A stretch of 64,000 bases of DNA from Azolla caroliniana (taxonomy: Eukaryota > Plantae > Polypodiophyta), in contig JBHGNT010000008.1 of the NCBI GenBank assembly GCA_043228905.1, forward strand, positions 7,316,001 through 7,380,000. The letters are read 5' to 3'. Positions within the stretch are counted from its first letter, which is position 1. Each line of letters starts with the position of its first letter. The notes under the pieces were generated by a model. That model saw nothing but the letters and a program-made list of their open reading frames with translations. It did no database searches and was not told the DNA's origin. A program made the position numbers and the translations under genes. Positions 40,901 through 54,265 of the stretch are shown here, piece by piece.

Positions 40901-43900
40901 TGTTATACATGTATCCCCGATATATACTAAGTGTGAAAAGGCCAAAACTGGTCTTCCACTTAGTTGTGTGGGGAGAGAGAGAGAGTGAGTTAGTGAGTGT
41001 GAGAGAGCGAGTGTCTGTGTTCTCTCTGTGTGGTTTTTCCCCCCCTTTTTCTTTGTTGCAGAGATTTACCTCTCTTTCCTCTTGTAATCTCCACTTTGCT
41101 GTATCAATTGAACCCCTTTGTCATTCACCCCCTATTCCTCTCGTGCACTCCTTCTTCATCCTTCATTGTCCGTGCATTACGATCAAGGGCAGATTGTCTC
41201 TTGCTTTTTTGCTCTATTGATTGTCATCAGTGGTATCAGAGCAAGAGAGACAACGAGGGAAGCTTTGGAGTCGGAAACAACAAGCGTCCGAGACTCGTAG
41301 CGGCGTAGGAGATTCGTGTGGCAAGCGTTGGAGTATTGGGCTCGGCTAAAACATCTACCTACTGTTGGGCATCTCCAACATCTTCAACATTGAAGAAAGG
41401 AGCTTGTTATTCACAGGTATTTCCCTTGGTTAAACTCTCTTATTATCCATCATATGCAAAACATTCTTTGGGTGGAAATAAGCTGTGGTGGGAGAGACCC
41501 CTGCCACATTTGCAAGAGAGATTTGGGGTTAATGTGAATGCATAGCAAAGCCGATGCCTACAGTTTGTGGTTCGGGAGATGTATGTGAGTCAATGTCGTT
41601 GCTACATTTGGAAGAGAAATTTGGGGTCAACGTGAATGTATAACATAGCAGTTGCCTACAATTTGTGATTGGGAGATGTATGTTAGCCAATATTATTGAC
41701 ATTTTGGAAATTATATGTCTTGAAGTGGTGCTTGTTTTATGCAGGAGTGGTATCAGCCCTCTTTGACAGTTCACAACTGATATTTTGGAAGTTGTATGCT
41801 TTCAATGGTATAAAATAAAATTGGGTATCAATTGTTTGACAGTTTGCCATAAGCTAGTTGGTTACTAGTTTTTGTTGCCCAATCGTTGCTTGATATTGTC
41901 GTTCACTCCTATGGAGTCTGAAATGTTGGATGTATCTAGTAGTACTTATGTTGCTCGTAATAGTTCAAGTAAGAACTATTCATTTTTGGGAAAAATCATA
42001 TTGAGATCCGAAAATTTGATGGATCTAATTTTGCTTTGTGGAAGAATCAGATGCGTGATGTATTGGTTCAAAGAAAGCAAACTAGGCCCCTCGGCGGGAA
42101 AGTGAAGAAACCGAATGACATGGATGATGATGCTTGGGAGGAACTTGATGCCTTGACCATGTCCACTATAAGATTGCACTTGGCGGATAGTGTCTACTTT
42201 ACGGTTTTAGATAGCCAAAACTCCGAAGAACTTTGGAAAAGGCTATGCAATACATATGAGAAGGAGACTGCAGCAAACAAGGTGTATTTGATGAGAAAAT
42301 TATATGACCTTCGTATGAAGGATACAGATAGTATCACGTCTCATTTAAATAAGTTTGATGCATTATGGTCGCAATTGCAAGATCAGAAAATGACCATGGA
42401 TGATGAGTTGAAAGCTGTATTTTTGCTATGCACATTGCCTAGCTCATGGGACACATTTTGCATCGCTATTAGTGCTAGTGTACCAAACGGGAAATTGGTG
42501 TATAATGACATAAGTGGAGCACTATTGGGTGAAGAAATATGTAGGAAATCTATGGCTTCCTCACAAGTTGGAGATGCATAAAATGTTCGAGATTCTGATT
42601 ATGGTAAAAACCAGCAACGTGGTAGAAGCCAAAGCAGAAATAGTCATGGAAATCATGACAAGAGCCGAAGTAAGTCTAGGAAGAGACTTGTGGAATGCCA
42701 TTATTGCCACAAGAAGGGTCATATTAAGAAAGACTGTTATGCCTTGAAGAACAAAGAAAAGGAAAAGAGTAAAACTCATGGTGATGGGCATGTTAAACAA
42801 TTGGCTGGTTCATCATCTTCGCTGAAAATAGAGGAAATAAATGTTGCATGTGATGATGGCGTTGACATCTTGGTCATGGATGATGATGCTACCTATGTTG
42901 AGGCTAATATTGCTCATGCATTTGCTCATACATGGTTGTTGGACTCTGGTGCTTCATTTCATGTGACTCCACATAGAGAGTGGTTCATACGATACAAAGC
43001 TAAATCACTTGGTACAGTCTGACTTGGAGATTCACATCAATGTGATGTGATTGGCATCGGAGATGTCATGGTACAATTTTTTGATGGCTCTCAGTTTACC
43101 ATACAAAATGTACGCCATGTGCCTGAGCTAATTCGTAGCTTAATGTTTGTTGGACAACTTGATAACATTGGTTTTAAAGTGATTTTTGTTGCCCAGTCCT
43201 TTCGTATTACGAAAGGAAATATGGTTATTACTAAAGGGAACAAAGTTGGTTCACTTTATCCTTTAGTTGTCCATCAAAAGGAGCATCTTTTGACAGTCAC
43301 AGAACAACCTATGACTTGTATTTGGCATGGCCGTTTATGTCACATGTCTCGTACTGGAATGGAAACATTATCACATTTTGGCTATTTACCTATGTTATCA
43401 TTTTCAAATTTTTCAGTTTGTGAGCATTGTCAATATGGTAAACAAACTAGAAGTGTGCATCAGAATATTAATTCTGATTCGTCTACTCAACCCTTAGATC
43501 TAGTTCATACGGATGTATGTGGCCCTATGCCTACCAGATCATTGGGTGGAGCTTTGTACTTTCTTACATTTATTGATGATGCCACAAGAAAGGTTTGGGT
43601 GTATCCCATAAAACAAAAGGGCGATATATACTCTACTTTTAGAAATGGCTTGCCTCGATTGAGACTGAAAAGGGTATTATAAAGCTTAAGGCTTTACGTT
43701 TTGATAATGGAGGTGAGTATACCTCTCATGAGTTCAGAGATTTTTGTGATTCTAGAGGCATACGTAGAGAGTTTACTGCCCCTTACACTCTGGTACAGAA
43801 TGGTGTGGCAGAAAGGATGAATAGAACCATCCAGGACAGGGTTGTTTCTATGTTGCATCATGCAAATCTGCTGCAAGGTTTTTGGGCTGAAGCAGTTCGG

Positions 43901-46783
43901 ACAGTAGTCCATGTGATAAATCTATCACCTAGCACTGCCAAATGCTTGAAAGTGGCGCAAGAGTTGTGGACAGGAAAAACCCCAAACTATGATCATCTTA
44001 GGGTATTTGGATGTGAAGCGTATGTTCATGTTCCAAAACAATTAAGGCAAAAACTAGATTTTAAGAGCAAGAAATGTATTTTCCTTGGCTATGGCGTAGT
44101 GTTGGGAGACAGGTCCCTCCGGATGGGAAGGGAGAAGAACAGTGCTGATGAACAAACTCGGCCGAGGTGAGAACCGGATGAGGAGTACCCGGCTACGGAG
44201 AGCCGGATGGTGCAGACCCAGTGAGGAATGCTCACCGGATGAAGAGACATATTCGTAAATATGTTTCTGAGAGTCCATCGAGGCTATATTTGTAAATAGC
44301 CGGAAAGTCATATTAGTATAAATATGACTTAGGGCAAACTTTTAACTGTTGTTGGCATTCTTGTTGGTGTAATAACAGAAAGAGCGTTGCGTATAGGGAG
44401 CGTGCAGTTCCCGTCACGTAGATGGTCAATTTGGATATCGTTTGTGGGATCCTGAAACACGCACTATAGTCAGAAGTAGTGACGTCGTTTTCAATGAAAA
44501 GATTATGCATAAATAGCCAATTAAGGAAGTGGAAGTGAGGAAAGTGACATTTCAAGATGTTTCACGCTCTATTAGTGTGCAAAAGGATAAACCCGCACCT
44601 ATGTTGAACAGTCCTATAAATGTTCACCCATATGAGGATGTTCAAAATGAGGATGCATTTGTACAACTTGAAAATAGTCCGACTCCGGTTCAACAACCAG
44701 TGAGACGATCTACTCGTGTCTCTAGGCCACCTACTAAGCTCACGAACTATGTGATGTTAATGGATGATGGTGAACCCTCTTGTTATAAGGAAGCTATTTT
44801 GGCCAATGATCATGCTAAGTGGGAGCGTGCCATGCAAAATGAATTGGACAACATTTATAAAAATGGTACTTGGGATCTAGTACCTTTGCCAAAGGACAGG
44901 AAAGCATTGCCATGCAAATGGGTATACAAGTACAAGTATACATCTGATAATGCTTCCGCAAAGTATAAAGCACGCTTGGTTGCCAAAGGTTTCAAGCAAG
45001 AACATGGAATTGATTTTGATGAAACTTTTTCTCATGTAGTTAAGATGACTACATTGTGTATGTTGCTTTGATTGGCTCCAAATCAGAATTTGGAATTAGT
45101 CCAAATGGATGTGAAGACTGCCTTTTTACATGGGGATCTTGATGAGGATATTTACATGGAACAACCTGAAGGTCATGAAGTCTCAGGAAAAGAACATTTG
45201 GTATGTAAACTCAAGAAGAGTTTGTATGGGCTTAAGCAGTCCCCTAGATTGTGGTACCAAAAGTTTGATGCTTTTATGAAGACTCAAGGATATACTAGAA
45301 GCAATGAGGATGCATGTCTTTATACGAAAACTTGTTCAGATGGGAGTTTTATTACATTGATACTATATGTTGATGACATGCTTATTGTTGGTAAAAACAA
45401 GGGTGAGTTATCCTCGTTGAAGGAAAACTTGGGCCAAAATTTTGACGTGAAGGATTTGGGAGATGCAAAACATATTCTTGGTATGCGTATTACTCGTGAT
45501 AGGAGTAAGCGATGCATTTACTTGTCTCAGGCTGAGTACATATCGAAAGTGCTGAAGAGGTTTAATATGGAGAATGCAAAGCCGTTGAGCACTCCATTGC
45601 CTACATATGTAAAATTGAGCACATGTGATTGCCCCACATCTGATGAGGACAAGGAATTCATGTCCAAGGTTCCTTATCAATCCGCAGTTGGGAGTCTTAT
45701 GTACGCCATGGTGGCTACTAGACCAGATATTGCATTTGCAGTGGGAGCCGTAAGTCGATTAATGTCAAACCTTGGTAAGAAACACTGGGATGCTGTCAAG
45801 TTGATACTAAGATATTTGAGTGGCTCTAAGGATAAGTGCCTTTGTTTAGGCAAAGGGGATGCCTCTATCATTGGATACACAGATTCAGATTATGCTGGAT
45901 GTGCTGATAGTAGGAAATCTACTTCAGGGTACATCTTTCAGATTATGGGAGGTGTTATTGCTTGGAGATCTCGTCTTCAAGATTGTGTCGCATTGTCAAC
46001 AACAGAGGTTGAGTATGTTGCAGCCAATGAGGCATGTAAGGAAGCGGTTTGACTGTCTCGATTAGCTAGTGACATGGGTATACCGCAACATGTACCCAAA
46101 CTGTTTTGTGATAGTCAGAGTGCCATTGCTTTGGCTAAGAATCTGGTATATCATGCAAAGACCAAACATATTGGAGTGAGATACCATTTCATTCGGGAAT
46201 GCATAACTAATGATTGTATTAGCCTTGAGAAGGTTGTTTCTCGCAAAAATGTTGCATATGCATTGACTAAGGCCTTACCACAAGATGCATTGGAGCATTG
46301 TTGTTACTTGATGGGCATTACTTAGTACCTTACGTTACACACTTGCTGTGTACATTGTGTAACATGCCCATCAGGTGGGAGGTATAGGTCTAGGCCTTGT
46401 ACAGGTCAACCTTCCATTATTTGTACTCCTAGTTTAGGCCTTTTAGTGGGAGATTGTTATACATGTATCCCCGATATATACTAAGTGTGAAAAGGCCAAA
46501 ACTGGTCTTCCACTTAGTTGTGTGGGGAGAGACAGAGAGTGAGTTAGTGAGTGTGAGAGAGCGAGTGTCTGTGGTCTCTCTGTGTGGTTTATTCCTCCCT
46601 TTTTCTTTGTTGCGGAGATTTACTTCTCTCCCCTCTTGTAATCTCCACCTTGTTGTATCAATTGAACCCCTTTGTCATTCACCCCTTATTCCTCTCGTGC
46701 ACTCCTTCTTCATCCTTCACTGTCTGTGCATTACGATCAAGAGCAGATTGTCTCTTGATTTTCTGCTCTATTGATTGTAATCA
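40901..46783 (+). mobile_element. Full-length Ty1/Copia LTR retrotransposon with stops and frameshifts, TSD GTATA
   Basis: 329-bp LTRs at 40901-41229 and 46455-46783 (TG..CA, about 18 mismatches by eye). PBS TGGTATCAGAGC (iMet type) at 41231-41242; PPT AGTGGGAGA before 46455; TSD GTATA at 40896-40900 and 46784-46788. Gag 42036-42581, zinc knuckle CHYCHKKGHIKKDC, protease WLLDSGASFH, integrase VHTDVCGP...AERMNRT, RT YVDD, RNase H YTDSDYAG. Confidence 0.96.
44100..44416. mobile_element. Solo LTR (317 bp) with TSD CGTAG inside the younger Copia integrase
   Basis: TGTTGG...CCGTCA flanked by CGTAG at 44095-44099 and 44417-44421. Removing it restores CIFLGYGVDGQFGYRLWDP. Confidence 0.93.
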
Positions 46784-47920
46784 GTATACTCCCATGAACA
46801 CATCTCCTAAATTCTTGGAGTCGAAAGAAGGAACCCATTGGTTGAGGGAAAAAAATAAATTAGTCTCATATATCACCACATACCACAAGGGTCTAATAGG
46901 TATATCCAAACCAATAAATCCAGCCACTCATGCATTGTGAGGCTTCACCTCCGCCAAAACTTAATATATACTCATGCATTGTGTGTGTGTGTGAGAGAGA
47001 GGAGGGGAGAGAAATTGCTAGTTGTCTATCTACTTTCTTTGCGTGCATCGCTCAGAGAGGAGCTCCTCATCTATCCATTACACATCAAGCAGAGAGAAGA
47101 GACATACACAGAAAGCATATAGAGACAGAGAGAAGAATTCTGTTTCTCACTGCTCAGACTTTAGTTTGCGACAAATATCAGAAAACAAAACCCCCACACC
47201 CCCCCAAAAAAAACCCCCCCATAAAAAACAAACGGTAAAATAATAATCCAAATGAATGTCGCGTATCATATGTGAACATATGCGAACGTTCGCATACGTC
47301 CACCAAAATTGAACGTATGCGAATATTAGGAACTAGGCCTCTAGCCACATTTAAAGTTGGCCCACTTCCCTATCCAATAGCTTTCCTCTTTATTTCCTTA
47401 TTCAAAATAGAATCCCTTATGCCATGAAAGGTAAGATTAGGTTATTCAAACATGAAACTACCGATGTTTCCCATAAATCAGGTAAGGTCATCAACAAGAT
47501 GGTCTTAAGATTATTATCAATGGAAGGTAATCCAAAATCTTGTAATGGTGAGGGAGCACCTATAAGGAAAATAAGTCCTTGGCTACACTTTTTAACTCAT
47601 CAAGTTGCGTACACACCAGCTTATGCATGAGATGCACTTGATTTATAAGCATGGTAATTTAATAAGTAGCTTTCAGCTTCTCCCATATGTCAAAAGTAGT
47701 TGTGAAGCCCTTCAAATCGATGAAGATCTCATCTAATACAACCATCTTGATGTAAGTATGACCTTCTTATTTAGTTTCATCCGTGCTACATCTATCATAT
47801 CTTCAGGCTTGACTTCAAAAAGTGGCCCTCTAAAATCTTTAAGAAAGAGAATGCTAACATTCTCTCTTTCCATAAATCAAAACCAATGCCTTCAAATGTC
47901 TTGATCCCAAACAAGCTTTT

Positions 47921-48486
47921 TGTTGGGAATATATCCCTCTCGTGGGAGGAGCCGACTGTCTGGAAGTAGCCGACAGTCGAAGACAAGGAAGAGCTGATTG
48001 TTTGGGCTGAGGAGAGCCGACAATCAAAGAGTTAACAAATAGGGAGTCGACTGATTAACTGTTGACTATTATTATTATAGTTATAATAATAGTAGCGATG
48101 TGTAGTAGGGGCTCACTTGTAAATAGCCCATATGATGTATTAGTATAAATACTCTTAGGGAAAATGTATAGGTGTGATCCTCTGTTGTAGAGAACAATAG
48201 AGAAGAGCGAGAACGCGACGAGGGGCGGGGGGGGGGAGAGATTGTGCGAGCAACGCCATAGTCGTGTTCTGTAAGAGCCCTGCACAGCTGATACACTCAG
48301 ATAAGAGAGTGTTGTACTCTAATCCCGTCCTTGTATATCCATTATATATATTGAAGCTCCGTTCTCCGTGGTTTTCTCCTGTTTTAGGGTTTCCACGTAA
48401 AATCAATGCACATTGTCTTCTGTGTCTCCCAACTGTGTATTTCAGCGCATTCCTTTTATTGTGGATTGACGATTCGTTTCTTGACA
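47921..48486. mobile_element. Solo LTR (566 bp) with TSD CTTTT inside the old Copia gag
   Basis: TGTTGG...TTGACA flanked by CTTTT at 47916-47920 and 48487-48491. TATAAATA near 48144. Confidence 0.9.
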
Positions 48487-49029
48487 CTTTTGAGATTAAA
48501 GGAGGTGGTAGTCATGTTTGCAATCTGTAGTAAAAACAAAGTTCACCAAAAAATGTAAAATCACCTCTTGTCCTATGCACAATCACCTGATAAGATAGAA
48601 ATTCTTAGCGATGAAACTCTTTAGGTCTCCATTTGAAAGAGATGTGATTTTGTGTTCAGTTGTTCCAAAACACCAAGGGAGTGGGCAACTATGTGAGGAG
48701 AGAGAAAGCAGAGAAAAACTATGTAGAAAAATTGAGAGGAAGATTGAGCCGCTAAAAGTCCCTTATCTTCTCTTATGAGAGATTTGGGACCAATTCTTAT
48801 TGATGACTTTTAGGTCATTTGGGCAAGTTCACACATGGCTAATGAACAAACATTATAAAGATAATGTAGATGCTTGTAACCTCCCGAATTGAGGCCAAAA
48901 CTATCGTAGAAGTATGTCTGTAAATCTCTCAAAGAGAAAGAGAGTTTTCACATGGAAGTGTCAAAATATAGAAAAAGAAGAATCATTGGGGCTTTTATCC
49001 CAACATATACATATTTATGTGACCTTGTT

Positions 49030-49720
49030 CACATTATTGAGGAAGAAAAATAACATTACCGTGACAACGAAGAGGGCAGCCAAAGCCGAATTACATGAAG
49101 GCCAAATGGACAAGAGGGCAACCAAAGCCGACACCGAAACGAAGGAATAGACGGGTCTAGGGGTCCATTACTACGACAATGAAGGAGCTGACAAGGGCCT
49201 TATGAGCAGACAAGCCGACCAAGGAGGTCGAAGAGTGCGGGACCAAACGAGTCAGAGGAGAATGTGCTAAAAGACGACAGAGTAGGAAGGAACCTCAAGT
49301 TGAGCTTGAGAGGGAGTGTTGAGAAGCAAGCTCAACATGGGCTGGATCGATTGCATAAGCCGAGAGCCGGATCGGATGAAGACTAATCGGCTCGGCTCGG
49401 ATTGGAGAACCAGATCCGCGGGGAGCCAGTAGGCCGTTAGAGACCTACGCTCCTACTTTAGTAGGTAGTTATATTCTTATGAGTTAGTGTCATTAGCTCA
49501 ATTATGAGCAATGAAGTACTTGTCAGTACTTCTGATTGTCCTTTAAGGACTTGTATAAAAGTGCTCTCTGAGCACAATTGTATGTACAGAGAATGTATTA
49601 TTTTGAATAGAGTTTTTTGGTATTCTGTTCTCTGTCAATCTCTCCCGCGTATTGTGTTCTCTTTCCATCGATTCTCTGTGTTTTCTGTTGTTGTCTGGCT
49701 GAGGCATTTGTGTCTATTTT
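49030..49720 (+). mobile_element. 3' end of an LTR element: 3' UTR, PPT and LTR starting at 49317
   Basis: AGCTTGAGAGGGAG (PPT) followed by TGTTGAG at 49317; TATAAAA near 49554. Right boundary unclear. Confidence 0.55.
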
Positions 49721-49724
49721 AGCT

Positions 49725-51877
49725 TCCGCAAGTAAATCTTTTCAAAGGGATACCTATCATTACATTCCTTACGAAGTTCTAAGATCAATCTATATCCCCG
49801 AGTGTCGTGCGGATAAGATGAGTTTGGGTATCCATAGAGAGAGTTATCTGGGAACCCTTGGGGGTAGAGTTACCTCATCAACTCCTGTAACTGGCTAAGT
49901 ACACAGTTGACGAGACGACCCAAAGTCCCTTCCCGCCTTCCTACCACAATTACCTTGATTTGGTTACTCGGAAGTAGTAATTGTGTGTGTTCCTCCAAAG
50001 GGGAGGTAACAAGTTGTAGCACTTGTACCCCTTTTGCTCATGCGAATAACCGACCAAGACACACTTCTCGACCTTGGCATCCAACTTCCTTCATCTCTCA
50101 TCCTGTATATGCACGTATGTAATGCTACTAAACACCCTAAGGTGCGCCAGATTCAACTTTCGCCTGAAATAAAACTCATGCGACGACACCTTTGCTCCGA
50201 AAGCAGAAATATGATTCTATATGTAGACAACCGTCCGGATTGCTTTGGCCCAATAGATCCTAGGCATGCTCTTCTCCTCCAGCATCACCTGACCGCTTCC
50301 ACCATTGTCCGGTTCTATCATTTGGCCACACCGTTTTGCTCCGGCGTGTATCTGTAGGAGAACTCCCTCTGGATTCCCTTTTTTTGTAGATAACTCGTGA
50401 ATTGGCTAGAAAAGTATTCCTTTCTGCCATCAGATCTTAGACACTTGATCTTCCTTTCAATTTCTCACTTGACAAGATTCTTTAAATCCCAGAAACATGG
50501 GAACTGAACTTTGACTGCTGAACTTCGGCAATCCGAATACCACCTATTTTGACTGCAGTTCTTGAAGCTTTGGAAAATTGATTTGGTTGATCCACTTGTG
50601 CCACAGGTCGATATCAGATTCAACCTTTTTTCCTTTTGCAAACATTGTGGCACCAACATCATTTGTCTTAAGGATGAACATCCTCCCATCTCTGCACCCA
50701 TGCACAATCAGTTGGCCCTCATCCTCGATGAAGCAACCATGGTGATTGAACCATACCTGCAGGCCTTCTTCGACGATTTGTTCGACAACTACCAAGTTTT
50801 CCATAATCATTGGAACATGTAGTATGTTTCGCATTAGCCCCTTTTGTCCGACATGGTTGAGCGGTACATCACCCATGTGTATGATAGGATGCACAGTGTT
50901 GTCGCTCGTCTCGCCAACTTCCGGTTGTTCCGGTTTCTCAAGAAAGGAGAACTATTCTTCATGGTTCTTCATGTGGTTGGAAGCTCCAAAATCGGCGTAC
51001 CAGACCTCTTCCAGCTTCGTAGTATGTACTCCCATCTTATTGGCATTGTGCTTCATCATGAGGATCGGGCCCATTTAAGGTCACCTTCGGCGAAGTGCGA
51101 TTTGTGATGCCTATCAGCATCTCCCCAACTCAATCCGGCTCAGTCCGAATCGGCGCACTTCGTCCAACACTCACTCTCTCTATGGCACTTCTAATAGTCT
51201 GTCGCGGCCTTCCCTTGCCAGCTTCCAACACCATCTTGACTCCCCCTACTCGTGGAGGGCCTGGAACTGTTGTCCGCACCACTTATGTGCCTTCGGTCCT
51301 ACTCTTGTTGGGCCCCTCCATTGCGTGCCGATCCACCACGTCCTTCACGACCACGGGGCCGATCCACCTCCGTGTACACCATCTTGCTATCGGTGTGCGT
51401 GCTCGTCGACGCACCCACGTGGTTTTCTTCAACGAGGAGCATTGATTGCAACTCGAACAAGGACATCGTATTCTCTCTCATGCAGACCGCTGTTCGGAAT
51501 GATCCGAATCTAGACATCAATCCTCTAAGGCAGACCTACACCATTCCGTACTCCTCGACAATCACGTTGATGGAGGCGAGGGAGTCGCAAATCTCCTTGA
51601 TCCGAGCTGTGTAATCAGCCACAAACAGATCTTTCTACCACACATTGTTGAGCTCTTGCTTGAGTTGTAGCTTCCTGGCCGTTGTGCTGGCGGCGAAAAT
51701 CCATTTGAGATTCGCCCACACATCGTTTGGCATCTTGGCATCCCGAATATAGTTGAGTAGTTGATCTCCGACACTGGACGCGAAGCAGTACATAACTCTG
51801 CTTGTCGCCTGCTCGGAGGCCGGAAAGTCCCTGTGTGTTGCATCAGCTACTACATCGTTCACTCCATTACATAACTC
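49725..51877 (-). mobile_element. Internal Ty1/Copia fragment (gag, protease, integrase)
   Basis: Gag VWANLKWIFAASTTARKLQLKQEL (51635-51928 ORF) and LQSMLLVEE; protease-like WYADFGASNHM near 50970-51005; LWHKWINQINF GAG-pre-integrase (50544-50894); integrase IKCLRSDGRKEY near 50420-50450. Truncated at ~51877. Confidence 0.85.
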
Positions 51878-52139
51878 TAGGGTGAAAGCATGCGAGTGGA
51901 AACAATTAGCTATGCAAAAAGCTACCAATGATAAATAGTCATTTTTGCATCATGAATGAAAACATTAGAATGTTTTAATTATATAGATGATCACCATAAA
52001 TGTGCAACATAAATGGATAAGTGCACCATAAATTATATACTGAATTCTAGGTCCATTATGCATGATCCATTCCCACAACACGTTGGCCAACACTTTGTGA
52101 CTATTCAGGCCTAGATTACTACCACTGTTCCTAAACCCT

Positions 52140-52566
52140 ATTGAGTCCACTCCTCCATTGCCGCTATTCTACACTCAGTTGCCACCATTGTGCGGTCCAA
52201 GCATCATCTGCCACTGTTTGATCCGACGGAGTTCACTCCTCCATTGCCACTATTCTACACTCAGTTGTTGCCACTGTTCACTCCTATTGAGTTCACTCCT
52301 CCATTGTCGCCTTTCTACACTCGGTTGTCGTTACTGTTTGGTCGTGGACTGTTGCCACTGTTCGATCCTTCTCCATTGCCGCCATTCTACACTCAATTTA
52401 CATTCCAAGCATCATCTGTCATTGTTCGATCTGATGGAGTTCACTCCATTGCCACCATTTCTACACTCATATGTCACCACTGTTCAGTCTTGTATTGCAA
52501 TAATTGTTTGATCCGATAGAGTTCACTCCTCCATTGCCGCCATTCTACACTCAGTTGCCACCACAA
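52140..52566. repeat. Six degenerate direct repeats of GAGTTCACTCCTCCATTGCCGCYATTCTACACTCAGTTG
   Basis: Copies near 52143, 52229, 52290, 52370, 52437 and 52519, separated by related variable linkers. Confidence 0.85.
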
Positions 52567-54265
52567 TTTGGTTCTGGATTGCAATAATTGTTTCGTCTGT
52601 TGATTATCTTGTGTATTGTTGTTGCCCATAGTCATCTTAGCTCGTTCCCGATGGTGGTTGAGTAGCTTTCACTCTGTTGCAAAAAACATAAACTTACCAA
52701 TGGTGGGATCGCTCTTGTGGATAACAAGTTTGCATGTGGTAAGTAACTAGCCACGTGTCTTTTTTGTGTGGAAATTTACTCATGAATATGTCAAGCCAAA
52801 TGGAAGGGGAAGGAGGGTGTTTACCAGTACCCTCATGGATCATCAAGATAGGGGATGATGCTATCAGGAGACAACAAGCGATATGAAAGTATTGGGCAGG
52901 AAAAAAAAGGAAACATCATCAATTGTTGAAGGATACGAAAGCCACATTCACTAAAGGTAAGGATAGTATTGGTTGTGATATAGGTCTGAATACCACTGAG
53001 AATGGAAGTAATGAGACTAATATCATAGAGAGAAAGCTCGTAGACTATTTCAATGTTCAGACCAAGCACACCAACAATGAAGACAAGATGGTAGTACTTT
53101 ATGGAATATTAAATGATCCATCGATAAAGGAGTTAGTTGATTGTGATGGTCTTAATGCAAACATAACATTTGTACTGGTATATAATCTTCGTAATAGTTT
53201 CGTGTGCATAATCTTGTCTTAAAAAGGTCTAGTCTAATGATAGCTAATTAGCTACCTTAGAATATGACCATAGCTAACTAGCTACTGGTAATAGCTAAAT
53301 AGCCATTGCCAATAGTAAACTTAGTTATTATTAGCTAATTAGCTATGGTAACTAATTAGCTATCTCAGAATATGACCATAGCTAATTAGCTATTGGTAAT
53401 AGTTAAATAATGATTGTCAATAGCTAATTTAGCTATTAACAATTAATTAGCTACCACAATAACTAATTAGCTACCTCAGAATATGACCATAGCTAACTAG
53501 CTATTGGTAATAACTAAATAGCTATTCCAATAGTAAACTTAGCTATTATCAGCTAATTAGCTACCACAATAGCTAATTAGCTATCTTAGAATATGACCAT
53601 AGCTAACTAGCTATTATCAGCTAATATGGTAGCTAATTAGCTACCTCAGAATATGACCATAGCTAACTAGCTACTGGTAATAGCTAAATAGCTATTGGAA
53701 ACAGTAACCTTAGCTATTATCAGCTAATTGGCTACCACGATAGCTAATTAGCTACCTCAGAATATGACCATACCTAACTACCAATTGCAAATAGTAAACT
53801 TTGCTATTATCAACAAATTAGCTACCACAATAGTTAATTAGCTATCTCAAAATATGACCATAGCTAACTAGCTACTAGTGATAGCTAAATACCTATTGCA
53901 AATAGTAAACTTAGCTATTATCAGCTAATTAGCTACCTTAGAATATGACCATAGCTAAGAAGATACTCATAATAGCTAAATAATTATTGCAAATAGTAAA
54001 CTTAGCTATTATCAACTAATTAGCTACCACAATAGCTAATTAGCTACCTCAGAATATGACCATAGCTAACTAGCTATTGGTAATAGTTAAATAGGTATTG
54101 CAAATAGTAAACTTAGCTATTATTAGTTAATTAGCTACTACAATATCTAATTATCTATCTCAGAATATGACCATAGCTAACTAGCTACTAGTAATAGCTA
54201 ATCAGCTAATTAGCTATCTCAGAATATGACCATAGCTAACGAGCTACTAGTAATAGCTAACTAGC

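Larger units (their letters stand above)
40842..46968 (-). pseudogene. Captured 3' fragment of a plant aspartic proteinase (phytepsin/A1 family) gene, split by a Copia insertion
   Basis: Minus strand ~46968-46882 reads EYILSFGGGEASQCMSG/GFIGLDIPIRPLW, then a GT..AG intron, then LGDVFMGVY (46810-46784). After removing Copia 40901-46783 it continues HTVFDYGKTHIGFAKAT* (40900-40842). This matches the phytepsin C-terminus ILGDVFMG.YHTVFDYG...GFA.A. Confidence 0.85.
37275..47337 (+). mobile_element. Non-autonomous Helitron-like element (~0.95 kb without its nested inserts) carrying host gene fragments
   Basis: Splits the old Copia gag. Right end has a perfect 11-bp hairpin (TTCGCATACGT 47289-47299 / ACGTATGCGAA 47313-47323) then CTAG at 47333-47336. 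Left end has CCATAGTTC and palindromic TACTCATATGTGAGTA. CCTC occurs on both flanks. Confidence 0.5.
33948..49004 (-). mobile_element. Old, heavily decayed Ty1/Copia element hosting several nested insertions
   Basis: Related LTR segments at ~34360-34712 and ~48635-49004, both ending ...TCCCAACA on +. Gag start near 48515 (MTTTSFNLKSLFGIKTFEGIGFDLWKERM after removing a solo LTR) continues to ~47340 and resumes at ~37274 with a zinc knuckle and protease WIVDSSASFHVTP (~36820-36860). RT at 35108-36194; RNase H at 34779-35100. Left boundary approximate; no PBS found. Confidence 0.72.

Noticed and set aside
52140-54265. CRISPR-like appearance of the repeat-spacer arrays
   Set aside because: The repeats are degenerate, the linkers are homologous to each other, there are no cas genes, and the context is a eukaryotic transposon.
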